Below are positions 8,816 to 17,726 of a DNA stretch of 64,000 bases, one piece after another (positions within the stretch are counted from its first letter, which is position 1; every line of letters begins with the position of its first letter). Source of the stretch: Deltaproteobacteria bacterium (lineage in GTDB: Bacteria > Myxococcota > UBA727 > JABDBI01); the NCBI GenBank assembly GCA_016432245.1, contig CP066680.1, forward strand, positions 238,303-302,302. The letters are read 5' to 3'. A program made the position numbers and the translations under genes. Under the pieces are notes generated by a model that was given only the letters and a program-made list of their open reading frames with translations, was not told the origin of the DNA and did not search any database.

Positions 8816-11508
8816 TTTACTTTCCCCACTAAAACTATACATATATTTAATAAATCAAAGCATCTTTCAAATGCCAATTGCACATCTTCAATTTGAATCT
8901 CATTTATCAAATTTACCACATCAACACAATATTGAAAACCTTGGTTTAAGTCCATATTTTCAGAAATGGTTTCTAAAATATTCGAATCACTTGATATAAT
9001 GCCATGTACATAATTTGCAAAATTATTTTTTGCCATAATAAACTCTTCTTCATTTATGTCATTCTTTAAAAGATCAACTAAAATATTTTGTAATGCAGAT
9101 ATAACTTCTTGTTCCTGACCAGGGGATGTAATCACGTAAACTCCGAAGATACCGTCTCCAAAATTTTTTTTTAAATCAACCCAGGAAAGCAAATCATACG
9201 ACAATCCTCTTTTCTCACGAAGTTCTATCCACAATCTTGAATTCATTCCCTCTCCATAAATATATGAAATTAATTTAAGCATAGGATATTCAATTAAGGC
9301 ATCATTAAGCTCAAAATTGAACCCAAGAAACACAATTGATATCTGAGACTCAATAACGCTAAGCATCTTAAAATCTGGCACGTGTTGTATAAAGGGCTTT
9401 TCAATTGATTCGAAAGTATTGGAACAACTTTCTTTGTTAAATATGCTTTTTAAAACATTTATGTCTTTCTCTTGATATTGGCCAAGAAAAGCACACGACA
9501 TTTTCTTTAATTGATTTAATTCATTATAAAATAATCTTAATTTATCGATAGTAACTATCTCAATATTTCTAATTTGCTCCAATAAATCCTCATTATAAAA
9601 AATACTTGTTAAAGGATATGAATTTTGCAATCTATCTAATTCTACAACCCCTAAATATTTAATATCACTAAGCATGTCTATGACTTTACTCATCTCCCAT
9701 GTTTTCACCCAGTCATATTCTGCATTATCAATAATAGATTCATAGATAATTTCATACAGCAAAGTCGCCATTTCTTTAAAAAAAAAATTTTTACAAACAA
9801 CATTTATCACAATCCTTCCTATGTCATCATCTACTTCTATAGTGGACTGCATTTTATCTAAAACACTCTGCATCCCTTGATAATTGCACCTTGCTACGCC
9901 CTTTGGTATCATCTTGGAAAATAAAAACATCTCTTTTATTTTATTTCTCATTGAAATAGCTGAACCATAGCTCAAAACTAATGAAAATTTAACCTCTCCT
10001 TTATTGTCTTTATATAAAAAAACACAATTCTCTTTTTTGCTATGAATTTTTCTTATTTTTAATTCTATATAATAAAAAGAATATTCAAATGATTCTTTAA
10101 TAAGGTTCTTTTTTCCCTTTACACACATCTTATTTATTTCATCTGCATTATACGCACTATCGTTGTCTGTAAAATATGCACTATCATTATATCTAGGAAC
10201 CTCTACTTTTCTTATTGGCACCTTTGGCGTTATGATACAAACAGTCCTATTACTATCAATCAAATAATGTTTAGCAGATTGTGAAATATTATCTAAAGTT
10301 ATTTCCTTAATTTTTCTTTGGGTCCAAAAATATGATCTATAATCTCCTAATGCAACATATTCGGTCAATTTAAAAGTTAATTTCTGTGTATCCGACATCG
10401 TTTTATGATACTTTCTTAAAATACAATTTTTAGCTTGCATAAAAACATCAAAATTAATTAACTTTGTAATGTCATTTTCAAGTAGATTTATCACTCTTTC
10501 AATACTCTTATATGTATTCTGCAACATATTTGGCTGCATCATTATATAAAAAAGCCCTGGATCTATCGTTCTTGGCATATAGCAATTTAAATTAGCAACA
10601 TGTCCTTTTCTTACAAAATTTTCATATAAAATGCCCCCTGGCTCCAATGACATCATCTCCCCTAATATGCGCAATGCAATAAAATCTTTATGAAAACCAG
10701 GTGGTACATGATATGCAATTCCAAAAAATGGTTTTATACCCTCTCGCTGTAAAGTTACAATTTTAGAACCTTCCTGTGGCAACTCCAATGAAGTTAATCT
10801 TTCCCTTTCCCGTTCTCGTTTTGACTTTAAAATTTTTCCAAAAGATTCTACAACTAACTTTAAAATTTTTTTTATTCTTATATTGCCTGATATAATCAAA
10901 ATCATATTCTCTGGCTTATAATGCTTTTGATAAAATCGTTTTAAATCCTGTACTGTTATATTCATAACATCTTCTATGTTTCCAACCGAACTATTTCGAT
11001 AATTGTGCCACTTATACGCTGCTGCCATAATATATTCTTGCAAGACCAATTCTATATCATTATCGTATATCTCCATCTCTTCTTTTATTATGGATTTTTC
11101 AATATTCACATCAGACTTGCGTATCAAGCTATTCGTTATTCTATCTAATTCAAATTTTAAATATACTTGCAATAAATTTTCATCATTCGGTAATACTGCA
11201 AAAAAGTTTGTATAATCGTATGAAGTGCTTGCATTAAAGTAAATACCCTGTTGTTCCAAATATTTTTTAGGATCTGGATAATGCTTGGAACCTCTAAATA
11301 ACACATGCTCTAAAATATGAGCAACTCCTGTTTTTCCAGGTTCCTCTTCTTTTGAACCCACTAAAACAGTTAAATTCACCGTGATTGTAGGCTGAATATG
11401 ATCTGGAATAAATAGACACTGCATATCATTCCATAATCTATATTCTAAAATATTTTCAAATTTTCTAATAAATCTCAGATCTAAATTATCGTTCTTCATA
11501 AAGCCCAT
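8812..11508 (-). CDS. M16-family zinc metallopeptidase (two-lobed, PreP/M16C-like)
   Basis: Inverted zinc motif HxxEH in KTGVAHILEHVLFRGSKHYPDP. The 898-aa length implies both M16 halves in one chain. Confidence 0.8.
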   Translation of the reverse strand: MGFMKNDNLDLRFIRKFENILEYRLWNDMQCLFIPDHIQPTITVNLTVLVGSKEEEPGKTGVAHILEHVLFRGSKHYPDPKKYLEQQGIYFNASTSYDYTNFFAVLPNDENLLQVYLKFELDRITNSLIRKSDVNIEKSIIKEEMEIYDNDIELVLQEYIMAAAYKWHNYRNSSVGNIEDVMNITVQDLKRFYQKHYKPENMILIISGNIRIKKILKLVVESFGKILKSKRERERERLTSLELPQEGSKIVTLQREGIKPFFGIAYHVPPGFHKDFIALRILGEMMSLEPGGILYENFVRKGHVANLNCYMPRTIDPGLFYIMMQPNMLQNTYKSIERVINLLENDITKLINFDVFMQAKNCILRKYHKTMSDTQKLTFKLTEYVALGDYRSYFWTQRKIKEITLDNISQSAKHYLIDSNRTVCIITPKVPIRKVEVPRYNDSAYFTDNDSAYNADEINKMCVKGKKNLIKESFEYSFYYIELKIRKIHSKKENCVFLYKDNKGEVKFSLVLSYGSAISMRNKIKEMFLFSKMIPKGVARCNYQGMQSVLDKMQSTIEVDDDIGRIVINVVCKNFFFKEMATLLYEIIYESIIDNAEYDWVKTWEMSKVIDMLSDIKYLGVVELDRLQNSYPLTSIFYNEDLLEQIRNIEIVTIDKLRLFYNELNQLKKMSCAFLGQYQEKDINVLKSIFNKESCSNTFESIEKPFIQHVPDFKMLSVIESQISIVFLGFNFELNDALIEYPMLKLISYIYGEGMNSRLWIELREKRGLSYDLLSWVDLKKNFGDGIFGVYVITSPGQEQEVISALQNILVDLLKNDINEEEFIMAKNNFANYVHGIISSDSNILETISENMDLNQGFQYCVDVVNLINEIQIEDVQLAFERCFDLLNICIVLVGKVN

Positions 11509-11517
11509 TTTTTACTA

Positions 11518-11590
11518 TGGAGTTGACCGGATTCGAACCGGCGACCCTTAGAGTGCGATTCTAATGCTCTACCAACTGAGCTACAACCCC
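11518..11590 (-). tRNA. tRNA-Ala (anticodon CGC)
   Basis: ggggttg/ta/gctc-agttggta-gagc/a/ttaga-atCGCac-tctaa/gggtc/gccgg-ttcgaat-ccggt/caactcc/a. G3:U70 present. Confidence 0.85.
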
Positions 11591-11724
11591 TAAAATAAAA
11601 GATCTTAATGTTATAAATCAACAACTGACAATGCCTCATTCGTAATTATCTTATAGAGAATATAATTCCAAATAACAAGATTATCATTTTTTTTAATTTC
11701 TTGAAAAAACAATTCACTTTCTTT

Positions 11725-12006
11725 ATGTTTTATTTCATGTTTTTTATGCATATACTTTTCCAATTATTTTCATTTTTCCAATTAATCTCAGCTATCTCTC
11801 TAATCTTATTAATATTATTACAACCAGAAAGCTCAAGTAAATCAAATAACCTAAATGTAGATTCGTCTTTCTCTCTAAAAAGTAAACATAATAGAAACAG
11901 CCCTCTTCTATCTAAAATAACAACAATAGTTGCCTTTTCTTTTTTTATAAGTAGTCTTCTTGTTGCCATCCTGTACTCCTCTTCATCTTTTTCTATATTT
12001 CACTAA
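11725..12006 (+). CDS. secG: probable preprotein translocase subunit SecG
   Basis: Two hydrophobic segments separated by LILLQPESSSKSNN...LLSKITTIVAFSFFISSLLVAIL, which resembles the SecG pattern (lvLlQ.gkg ... l.k.T..la..F...sl.l). The start is uncertain: the track uses TTG at 11701, and I chose the first ATG. Confidence 0.5.
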   Translation: MFYFMFFMHILFQLFSFFQLISAISLILLILLQPESSSKSNNLNVDSSFSLKSKHNRNSPLLSKITTIVAFSFFISSLLVAILYSSSSFSIFH

Positions 12007-12313
12007 TCTTTGATGGACAATTGCAAGTTTTATTTAATGTAGAAAAAAATCTAAATCCCTCTTTTCCATTCGTTTTTTCGTAATCAACCACTATCTCTTC
12101 TGCAAACATCATAGTAAACATGTCAACTAATACAATAACCCCTCCATAATCAAAAACAAAATCTTCCATTGATTCAAGTGTTGAAAAGTTTAAGTTAAAC
12201 TTAAATCCTCTACACCCCTCACCCCTTACACTAATTCGTAAAAATTGCCCCACCTGCTGCTCTCTTTGTATTTGTTTAGCATGGTCCAATGCTTTTAAAG
12301 TAAATCTAATCAT
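11993..12313 (-). CDS. erpA: iron-sulfur cluster insertion protein, ErpA/IscA (HesB) family
   Basis: LRISVRGEGCRGFKFNLNF ... VVDY ... GFRF ... CNCPSK. All three conserved Cys of A-type carriers are present (GGGCsGfqy ... CgCG.SF). Confidence 0.75.
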   Translation of the reverse strand: MIRFTLKALDHAKQIQREQQVGQFLRISVRGEGCRGFKFNLNFSTLESMEDFVFDYGGVIVLVDMFTMMFAEEIVVDYEKTNGKEGFRFFSTLNKTCNCPSKISEI

Positions 12314-12393
12314 TTTTTTAAATTATATGATAAAATTACACAAAAAGATAAAAATAATCTACTTATACTTTCTAAGTTATCTATAATAAATAA

Positions 12394-12879
12394 ATGATTT
12401 TTAAATTAAAGCAGATTTTCTTTCTTATAATGATACTGTTAATGAGTTTCCTTTTTTATACACAAATAAAGAAAAGACACCAAATCAATTATCTCTCAAT
12501 ATCTTCACCAGAAAAAAAAACACCAAATTTTAAAATAAATGACTATTATTTTTTTGATATTTTACGCTTACATCAAAAATATGTTTTTTTGCACTTCTCT
12601 AAATTTGAAACATTAGAAGAAAAAAAAACATTCTCTGATCTCTTGCGATCCTTAAATTCTAAGATTCTTATTTTCGTGATTGATCAATCAATCTCTAACA
12701 TCACAAATTTGAATAAATTTTCAAATATTATCTGGATTTTTGATCATTCACATGAAATTTCTAAAAGTTATCATATAAAAACACATCCAGAAACTTTTCT
12801 AATTTCTCCAAATGGCAATATTTTAGCAATTTACCTCAAAAACCAACCATGGTCCTCGATCATTAACATCCTATCTTAA
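12394..12879 (+). CDS. membrane-anchored thioredoxin-fold (TlpA/ResA-like) protein lacking the CxxC motif
   Basis: N-terminal TM helix, then VFLHFSKFETL...ILIFVID...SKSYHIKTHPETFLISPNGNILAIY. This parallels the redoxin layout (v.nFWasWCpPC ... y.v...Pt.flId.dG.I). The CxxC position reads KFET. Confidence 0.35.
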   Translation: MIFKLKQIFFLIMILLMSFLFYTQIKKRHQINYLSISSPEKKTPNFKINDYYFFDILRLHQKYVFLHFSKFETLEEKKTFSDLLRSLNSKILIFVIDQSISNITNLNKFSNIIWIFDHSHEISKSYHIKTHPETFLISPNGNILAIYLKNQPWSSIINILS

Positions 12880-12882
12880 CAT

Positions 12883-12955
12883 CAGGCCGCAGAGGTCTCG
12901 AACCTCTAACCGTCGGATTTGGAGTCCGAAACTCTACCAATTGAGCTAGCGACCT
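12883..12955 (-). tRNA. tRNA-Trp (anticodon CCA)
   Basis: aggtcgc/ta/gctc-aattggta-gagt/t/tcgga-ctCCAaa-tccga/cggtt/agagg-ttcgaga-cctct/gcggcct/g. Confidence 0.85.
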
Positions 12956-13007
12956 TCTTAGATAAAAAAAAATATAAATAACCACTTCTTTCAGATTATT
13001 CATCCAA

Positions 13008-13080
<73 letters not shown>

Positions 13081-13088
13081 ACTCTTTT

Positions 13089-13161
13089 AGCGGGAAACGA
13101 GATTCGAACTCGCGACATTCAGCTTGGAAGGCTGATGCTCTACCACCTGAGCTATTCCCGC
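13089..13161 (-). tRNA. tRNA-Gly (anticodon TCC)
   Basis: gcgggaa/ta/gctc-aggtggta-gagc/a/tcagc-ctTCCaa-gctga/atgtc/gcgag-ttcgaat-ctcgt/ttcccgc/t. Confidence 0.85.
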
Positions 13162-13164
13162 CAC

Positions 13165-13247
13165 TGGAGGGAGAAGGATTCGAACCTTCGAAGGCTTACG
13201 CCGGCAGGTTTACAGCCTGCTCCCTTTGGCCACTCGGGCACCCCTCC
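13165..13247 (-). tRNA. tRNA-Tyr (anticodon GTA), long variable arm
   Basis: ggagggg/tg/ccc-gagtggccaaa-ggg/a/gcagg-ctGTAaa-cctgc/cggcgtaagccttc/gaagg-ttcgaat-ccttc/tccctcc/a. Confidence 0.85.
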
Positions 13248-13253
13248 AAATCC

Positions 13254-13325
13254 AGCTGGCGATGGGATTTGAACCCGCAACCTCCTGATTACAAATCAGA
13301 TGCTCTACCATTGAGCTACACCAGC
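13254..13325 (-). tRNA. tRNA-Thr (anticodon TGT)
   Basis: gctggtg/ta/gctc-aatggta-gagc/a/tctga-ttTGTaa-tcagg/aggtt/gcggg-ttcaaat-cccat/cgccagc/t. One C:A mismatch in the T stem. Confidence 0.8.
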
Positions 13326-13361
13326 ATATAAATATTTCAATATTTTATCAAGTAAAATCAT

Positions 13362-13441
13362 TGCGGCGAGGGAGATTTGAACTCCCATAGCAATGCCACT
13401 ATCACCTCAAAATAGCGTGTCTACCCTTCCACCACCGCCGC
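13362..13441 (-). tRNA. tRNA-Leu (anticodon GAG), class II
   Basis: gcggcgg/tg/gtg-gaagggtaga-cac/g/ctatt-ttGAGgt-gatag/tggcattgctat/gggag-ttcaaat-ctccc/tcgccgc/a. Leu-type D arm and G37. Confidence 0.75.
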
Positions 13442-13617
13442 AGTGATCGTTTTTAATCTTTTATTGTACATTTTTACTCGCTAAAACTTGCAAATCTTAT
13501 CATTTCAAATATATACTCAATTTAAAATGTTTAATCTTTCTATTTTATTCTCTTCTTTTAGAGAAAATATTTTTCACTTGCTTAATTTAAAAATCTATTA
13601 TCAAGTTACCAGGCAAA

Positions 13618-14988
13618 ATGACTAATCAAAACGCTAACAACACTCACTTACACTACTCTAATCTTTTTAAAAAAACCTTAGAACACTTGGAAGAAAATTT
13701 ATCCCCTTTTATTTGGCAAGTTTTTTTTAAAAATCTCTCCTTTAAATCTTTTCAGAAAAATACACTAGAAATAATTGTATCTTCAACGTTTAAAAAAAAT
13801 TGGATTTTAAAATTTGGCCTATTCCCCTTATATCACTCATGTCTCTTCATATTTCAGCAAGCCATAAACATTAAATTAGTAGAACGAAGCTATGAAATTC
13901 TAAAAATTCAAGGAGTAAGCCCATCTTTAAAACTTTCTTCCTCCAACAAATTTTCACCTTACTTTCCTTTCAAACTTAATTCTCTATACAAGCTAGATTC
14001 TTTTATCACTGACGCTTCAACGGAAATATTACTACATATCGGCAATATAATTGCTGAAAATCCAGGCACAAAATATAACCCTTTGTTTATAGCTGGTCCG
14101 ACAGGAACAGGAAAAACACATCTAGTTCAAGCTATTGGCTCTCTCGCCCAAACAAAAAACCCGCTTCTAAAAGTCGTTTATATCAGTGCAGAAGAATGGT
14201 CTAACCTATTCATTTCAGCTATTCAACATAAAAAGTTTGACGAATTTAGAAGAGAAAATAGAACAAATTGCGATATTTTAATCATGGACGATATTCATTT
14301 TCTAGTTGGAAAAGAAGCATGTCAAACGGAATTCATACATACCTTTAATAATTTATTTCAAAATTGCAAACAAATTATCATAACATCTACAAAATACCCT
14401 TATGAAATTAAAGGGTTGAATCCTTTTTTACAATCTAGGCTATCCTGTGGTTTAATCCTGGATACAAAACCACCTAGTCAGCAAATCAATTCTACTTTTT
14501 TAAAAAGAAAAATAAATGCTCTTGGAACAAATTTTTCAAACGAAGTACAACAATTTTTATCCAATTGTGATTATAGTTCCCTCAGAGAACTCGAAGGTGT
14601 TATCTTGCGATTATCGGCTTTTGCACATAATAATAATTGTAAATTGTCTATCAGAGAGGCAAAAATTTGCTTATCTAGATTTCTTAAAATTAAAAGCTCT
14701 AATCAGTGGGAATTAGAACGCATATGTAAACATGTCGCTTCTTACTTCGACATAACACCAAACACTTTAAAAAGCCACTGCCGGCAACGTACGCTCGTCC
14801 TCGCTCGACAAATGGCTATGTCTTTATGTAAAAGAAATGTACCTTGTACTTTGGTAGAAATTGGCAAAACATTTGGTGGAAGAGATCACTCCACCGTAAT
14901 CTCTTCTCTAAAAAAGATTAAAAATCTTGAAGAATCAAATATCAAAATTAAAGCCTTATTAACAAGACTCCAAAACACTTTAGATTAA
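13618..14988 (+). CDS. dnaA: chromosomal replication initiator protein DnaA
   Basis: AAA+ Walker A in NPLFIAGPTGTGKTHL, Walker B ILIMDDIHF, and the C-terminal DNA-binding block GKTFGGRDHSTVISSLKKI. Confidence 0.95.
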   Translation: MTNQNANNTHLHYSNLFKKTLEHLEENLSPFIWQVFFKNLSFKSFQKNTLEIIVSSTFKKNWILKFGLFPLYHSCLFIFQQAINIKLVERSYEILKIQGVSPSLKLSSSNKFSPYFPFKLNSLYKLDSFITDASTEILLHIGNIIAENPGTKYNPLFIAGPTGTGKTHLVQAIGSLAQTKNPLLKVVYISAEEWSNLFISAIQHKKFDEFRRENRTNCDILIMDDIHFLVGKEACQTEFIHTFNNLFQNCKQIIITSTKYPYEIKGLNPFLQSRLSCGLILDTKPPSQQINSTFLKRKINALGTNFSNEVQQFLSNCDYSSLRELEGVILRLSAFAHNNNCKLSIREAKICLSRFLKIKSSNQWELERICKHVASYFDITPNTLKSHCRQRTLVLARQMAMSLCKRNVPCTLVEIGKTFGGRDHSTVISSLKKIKNLEESNIKIKALLTRLQNTLD

Positions 14989-14991
14989 AAT

Positions 14992-15660
14992 TTACTTAGC
15001 TCTTGGATTGAAAGTAGATATTTCAGATAATCTGTGAATCAACTCTTTTTCCCGCATTGTAAGCTCTGTTGGTATTTTTAAATTTATCACAATATATAAA
15101 TCACTAGTTTCCCCTACTTTTTTCCTGCCCTTCCCTTTCAGCCTCAATTTTGTCCCATGCTGACTGCCTGCTGGAATTTTAACTCTTATTTTACCACTTA
15201 ACACAAAAATTTCTATACTAGCACCTAATATTGCTTCCCATGGTGATATATTAACATTGATCTCCACATCCTCCGCTTTTCCCATCTCTGAATTTCTATC
15301 AACATTCCACTTGCCTTTACTGGACGTCCGTGATTGTCCAAATATGGAATTAAAAAAACTACTAAAGCCATTTCCTTCCTCCGCTCCCCCAAAATCGAAT
15401 TTAATTTCCTGCCATGAAGAATCTTTAAATTGGTCTCCCGATTTCCAATTAGCCCCCAAGGTATCATATTTCCTACGGGAATCTGCATTTTTCAAAACTT
15501 CATAAGCTTCGGATACTTTTTTAAATTTATCCTCTGCATTTTTATCCTTATTCACATCTGGATGATACTGCCTAGCTAGCTTCCTATATGCTTTTTGGAT
15601 CTCTTCTGCACTTGACTGTCTAGATATACCTAAAATTTCATAATAATCTTGATACTTCAT
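14992..15660 (-). CDS. J-domain co-chaperone, CbpA/DnaJ-like without zinc finger (short form)
   Basis: [39 protein letters not shown] (HPD motif). No CxxCxGxG repeats. A single C-terminal substrate-binding-type domain ([15 protein letters not shown]). Start moved to Met10. Confidence 0.8.
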   Translation of the reverse strand: MKYQDYYEILGISRQSSAEEIQKAYRKLARQYHPDVNKDKNAEDKFKKVSEAYEVLKNADSRRKYDTLGANWKSGDQFKDSSWQEIKFDFGGAEEGNGFSSFFNSIFGQSRTSSKGKWNVDRNSEMGKAEDVEINVNISPWEAILGASIEIFVLSGKIRVKIPAGSQHGTKLRLKGKGRKKVGETSDLYIVINLKIPTELTMREKELIHRLSEISTFNPRAK

Positions 15661-15770
15661 GTGTTCCTTTTTCAAAAAGTATAACAATACAAATTAGCAA
15701 TCGTCAAATCATATTTCTCTAAAATTTATAGGCCTTGATATTTTTTTAAAAAAAATATATTTTAAAAAAA

Positions 15771-17165
15771 ATGAATGTTCGTGTTCGAATTGCACCTTCT
15801 CCTACAGGAGATCCTCACATTGGAACTGCCTATATGGCTTTGTTTAATTATGCTTTTGCAAAAAAATATAATGGAAAGTTTATCTTAAGGATTGAAAATA
15901 CTGACCTTAAAAGGTCTTCTTTAGCAAGTGAATATAGTATTTTAGAATACCTAAAATGGCTTGGGCTCTCTTGGGATGAAGGCCCAGATATCGGAGGAAA
16001 ATTTGCTCCATATAGACAAAGTGATCGCTTACAATTATACCAATCAACTGCATTGCAGTTAATAAAAGCGGGTCATGCCTACTATTGCACATGCTCTGAA
16101 GATAGATTATCTCAATTAAGAACCTTTCAAATGGAACAAAAACTTCCTACCGGTTATGATCAATATTGCCGAGATAGACAACATAAGGATGGCGTCTTAC
16201 GCATGAAAATTCCCCCTAGAAATCTTACACAATTCTCTGATTTGCTAAGAGGAACTATCTCCATTAACAACAATGATATAGATGATCAAATTATATTAAA
16301 AAGTGATGGTTTTCCTACATACCATCTTGCTAGCATCGTAGATGACCACTTTATGAATATATCTCATGTTATTCGAGGTGAAGAATGGCTAAGTTCAACC
16401 CCAAAACATGTTCTTCTCTATAAATTCTTAAATTGGCCTCTCCCTGCATTTATACATCTACCCCTGCTGAGAAATTCGGACAAAAGTAAAATATCCAAAC
16501 GCAAGTACCCCGTTTCTTTAAAGTACTTTAAAATGATAGGGTTCTTGCCAGAGGCTCTTTTAAATTTTCTTGGATTAATTTCTTTTTCGTTTAAAGATGG
16601 AAGAGAAGTATTTACTTTACATGACTTTATAGAAAATCTTGATATCAAAAGAATTTCCCTAGGTGGTCCTGTATTTGATTTTCAAAAACTAAATTGGTTG
16701 AACAGTCATTATCTTAAAAAAAAAGAAAATACTGAAGTTGTAAAATACTTACAAGAACAATTGTTCTCTTCAAATTATTTATCTCAAATTGTTCCACTAA
16801 TAAAGGAAAGGATTAATACCTCTGATCAATTTTTAGAATTATCTTCTTTTTTCTTTCAAAATTTTTTTCAGATTCCTATAAATGATGAATCTTTTAAAGC
16901 AATAAACAAACCACTGCTTCCTATTTATGAATCTTTTTTCAATGAACTTATCTCTCTAGATTCGTTTTCTCACTCCTCCATAGAATCTCTTACCACTATC
17001 TTTATTGAACAGCATAATTTAAATCGTAAACCTTTCTTTATGACCTTGCGAATTATATTTACCGGAAAAAAAGAATCTCCTCCTTTATTTCAGACGTTAG
17101 AAGTTTTAGGGCGTGAGCGTTGTTACATCAGACTAAAAAATGCAATAGATATTTTAAAAGATTAA
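15771..17165 (+). CDS. gltX: glutamyl-tRNA synthetase
   Basis: RVRIAPSPTGDPHIGTAYMALFNY (HIGH-type motif) and KISKRK (KMSKS-type motif). Confidence 0.95.
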   Translation: MNVRVRIAPSPTGDPHIGTAYMALFNYAFAKKYNGKFILRIENTDLKRSSLASEYSILEYLKWLGLSWDEGPDIGGKFAPYRQSDRLQLYQSTALQLIKAGHAYYCTCSEDRLSQLRTFQMEQKLPTGYDQYCRDRQHKDGVLRMKIPPRNLTQFSDLLRGTISINNNDIDDQIILKSDGFPTYHLASIVDDHFMNISHVIRGEEWLSSTPKHVLLYKFLNWPLPAFIHLPLLRNSDKSKISKRKYPVSLKYFKMIGFLPEALLNFLGLISFSFKDGREVFTLHDFIENLDIKRISLGGPVFDFQKLNWLNSHYLKKKENTEVVKYLQEQLFSSNYLSQIVPLIKERINTSDQFLELSSFFFQNFFQIPINDESFKAINKPLLPIYESFFNELISLDSFSHSSIESLTTIFIEQHNLNRKPFFMTLRIIFTGKKESPPLFQTLEVLGRERCYIRLKNAIDILKD

Positions 17166-17172
17166 TTCAACA

Positions 17173-17658
17173 ATGTGTTTTTGTTCTCAAAACTGGCTCC
17201 ACCTAATTCTTGATAAACCTAGAATAATTGCTAACATTGCCGCGATTGCTCGCTTAACAACAGGCTTGCAAATTTCACTACATATTTGCGGACCATTAAT
17301 TTTTGAAAACAATGATAAAACAAAATGGAGAGCAAGCCTAGATTATTTACAACATACATGTATCCACTTCCATCAAAATATTTTTAGATGCTTGCATGTA
17401 TTAGAAAAAAAACCTTGGATAATTGAAATCGGAAGTCTATCCACAATTTGGGAATCATCGTTTCAAATAGGAGATTGTTTAATTTTAGGTCCTGAAATAG
17501 GTCATATTTCCCCACAAATCATGCAAAAGCTTTCTTATCGAAAACTTTCGATTCCACAACCTGGCCCAATACGCTCCTTGAATTTAGCTCAATGTGCTTC
17601 TATTGTAACTTTTGAAGCTATTCGACAAATATACAATTCTCATACTTTCTTGCCCTAA
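17173..17658 (+). CDS. trmL: SpoU-family tRNA 2'-O-methyltransferase, TrmL-like
   Basis: LHLILDKPRIIANIAAIARL ... LILGPEIGHISPQI ... IRSLNLAQCASIVTFEAIRQ parallels TrmL (IVLyePeIP.NTGNIiRlC ... LmFGpEtrGLp ... SmNLsnavsvvvYEawRQ). Confidence 0.7.
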   Translation: MCFCSQNWLHLILDKPRIIANIAAIARLTTGLQISLHICGPLIFENNDKTKWRASLDYLQHTCIHFHQNIFRCLHVLEKKPWIIEIGSLSTIWESSFQIGDCLILGPEIGHISPQIMQKLSYRKLSIPQPGPIRSLNLAQCASIVTFEAIRQIYNSHTFLP

Positions 17659-17726
17659 CTTGAACTCTTTTCAAGAATACTAAAATATTACTTGCCAATA
17701 AAACATTTTTTCATAAATATACCAAT

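Noticed and set aside
13442-13617. dnaA upstream spacer as oriC
   Set aside because: I could find no 8/9 or 9/9 DnaA box on either strand, and the G/C asymmetry does not change sign across the locus in my samples. It is kept as a finding to be tested, not called as an origin.
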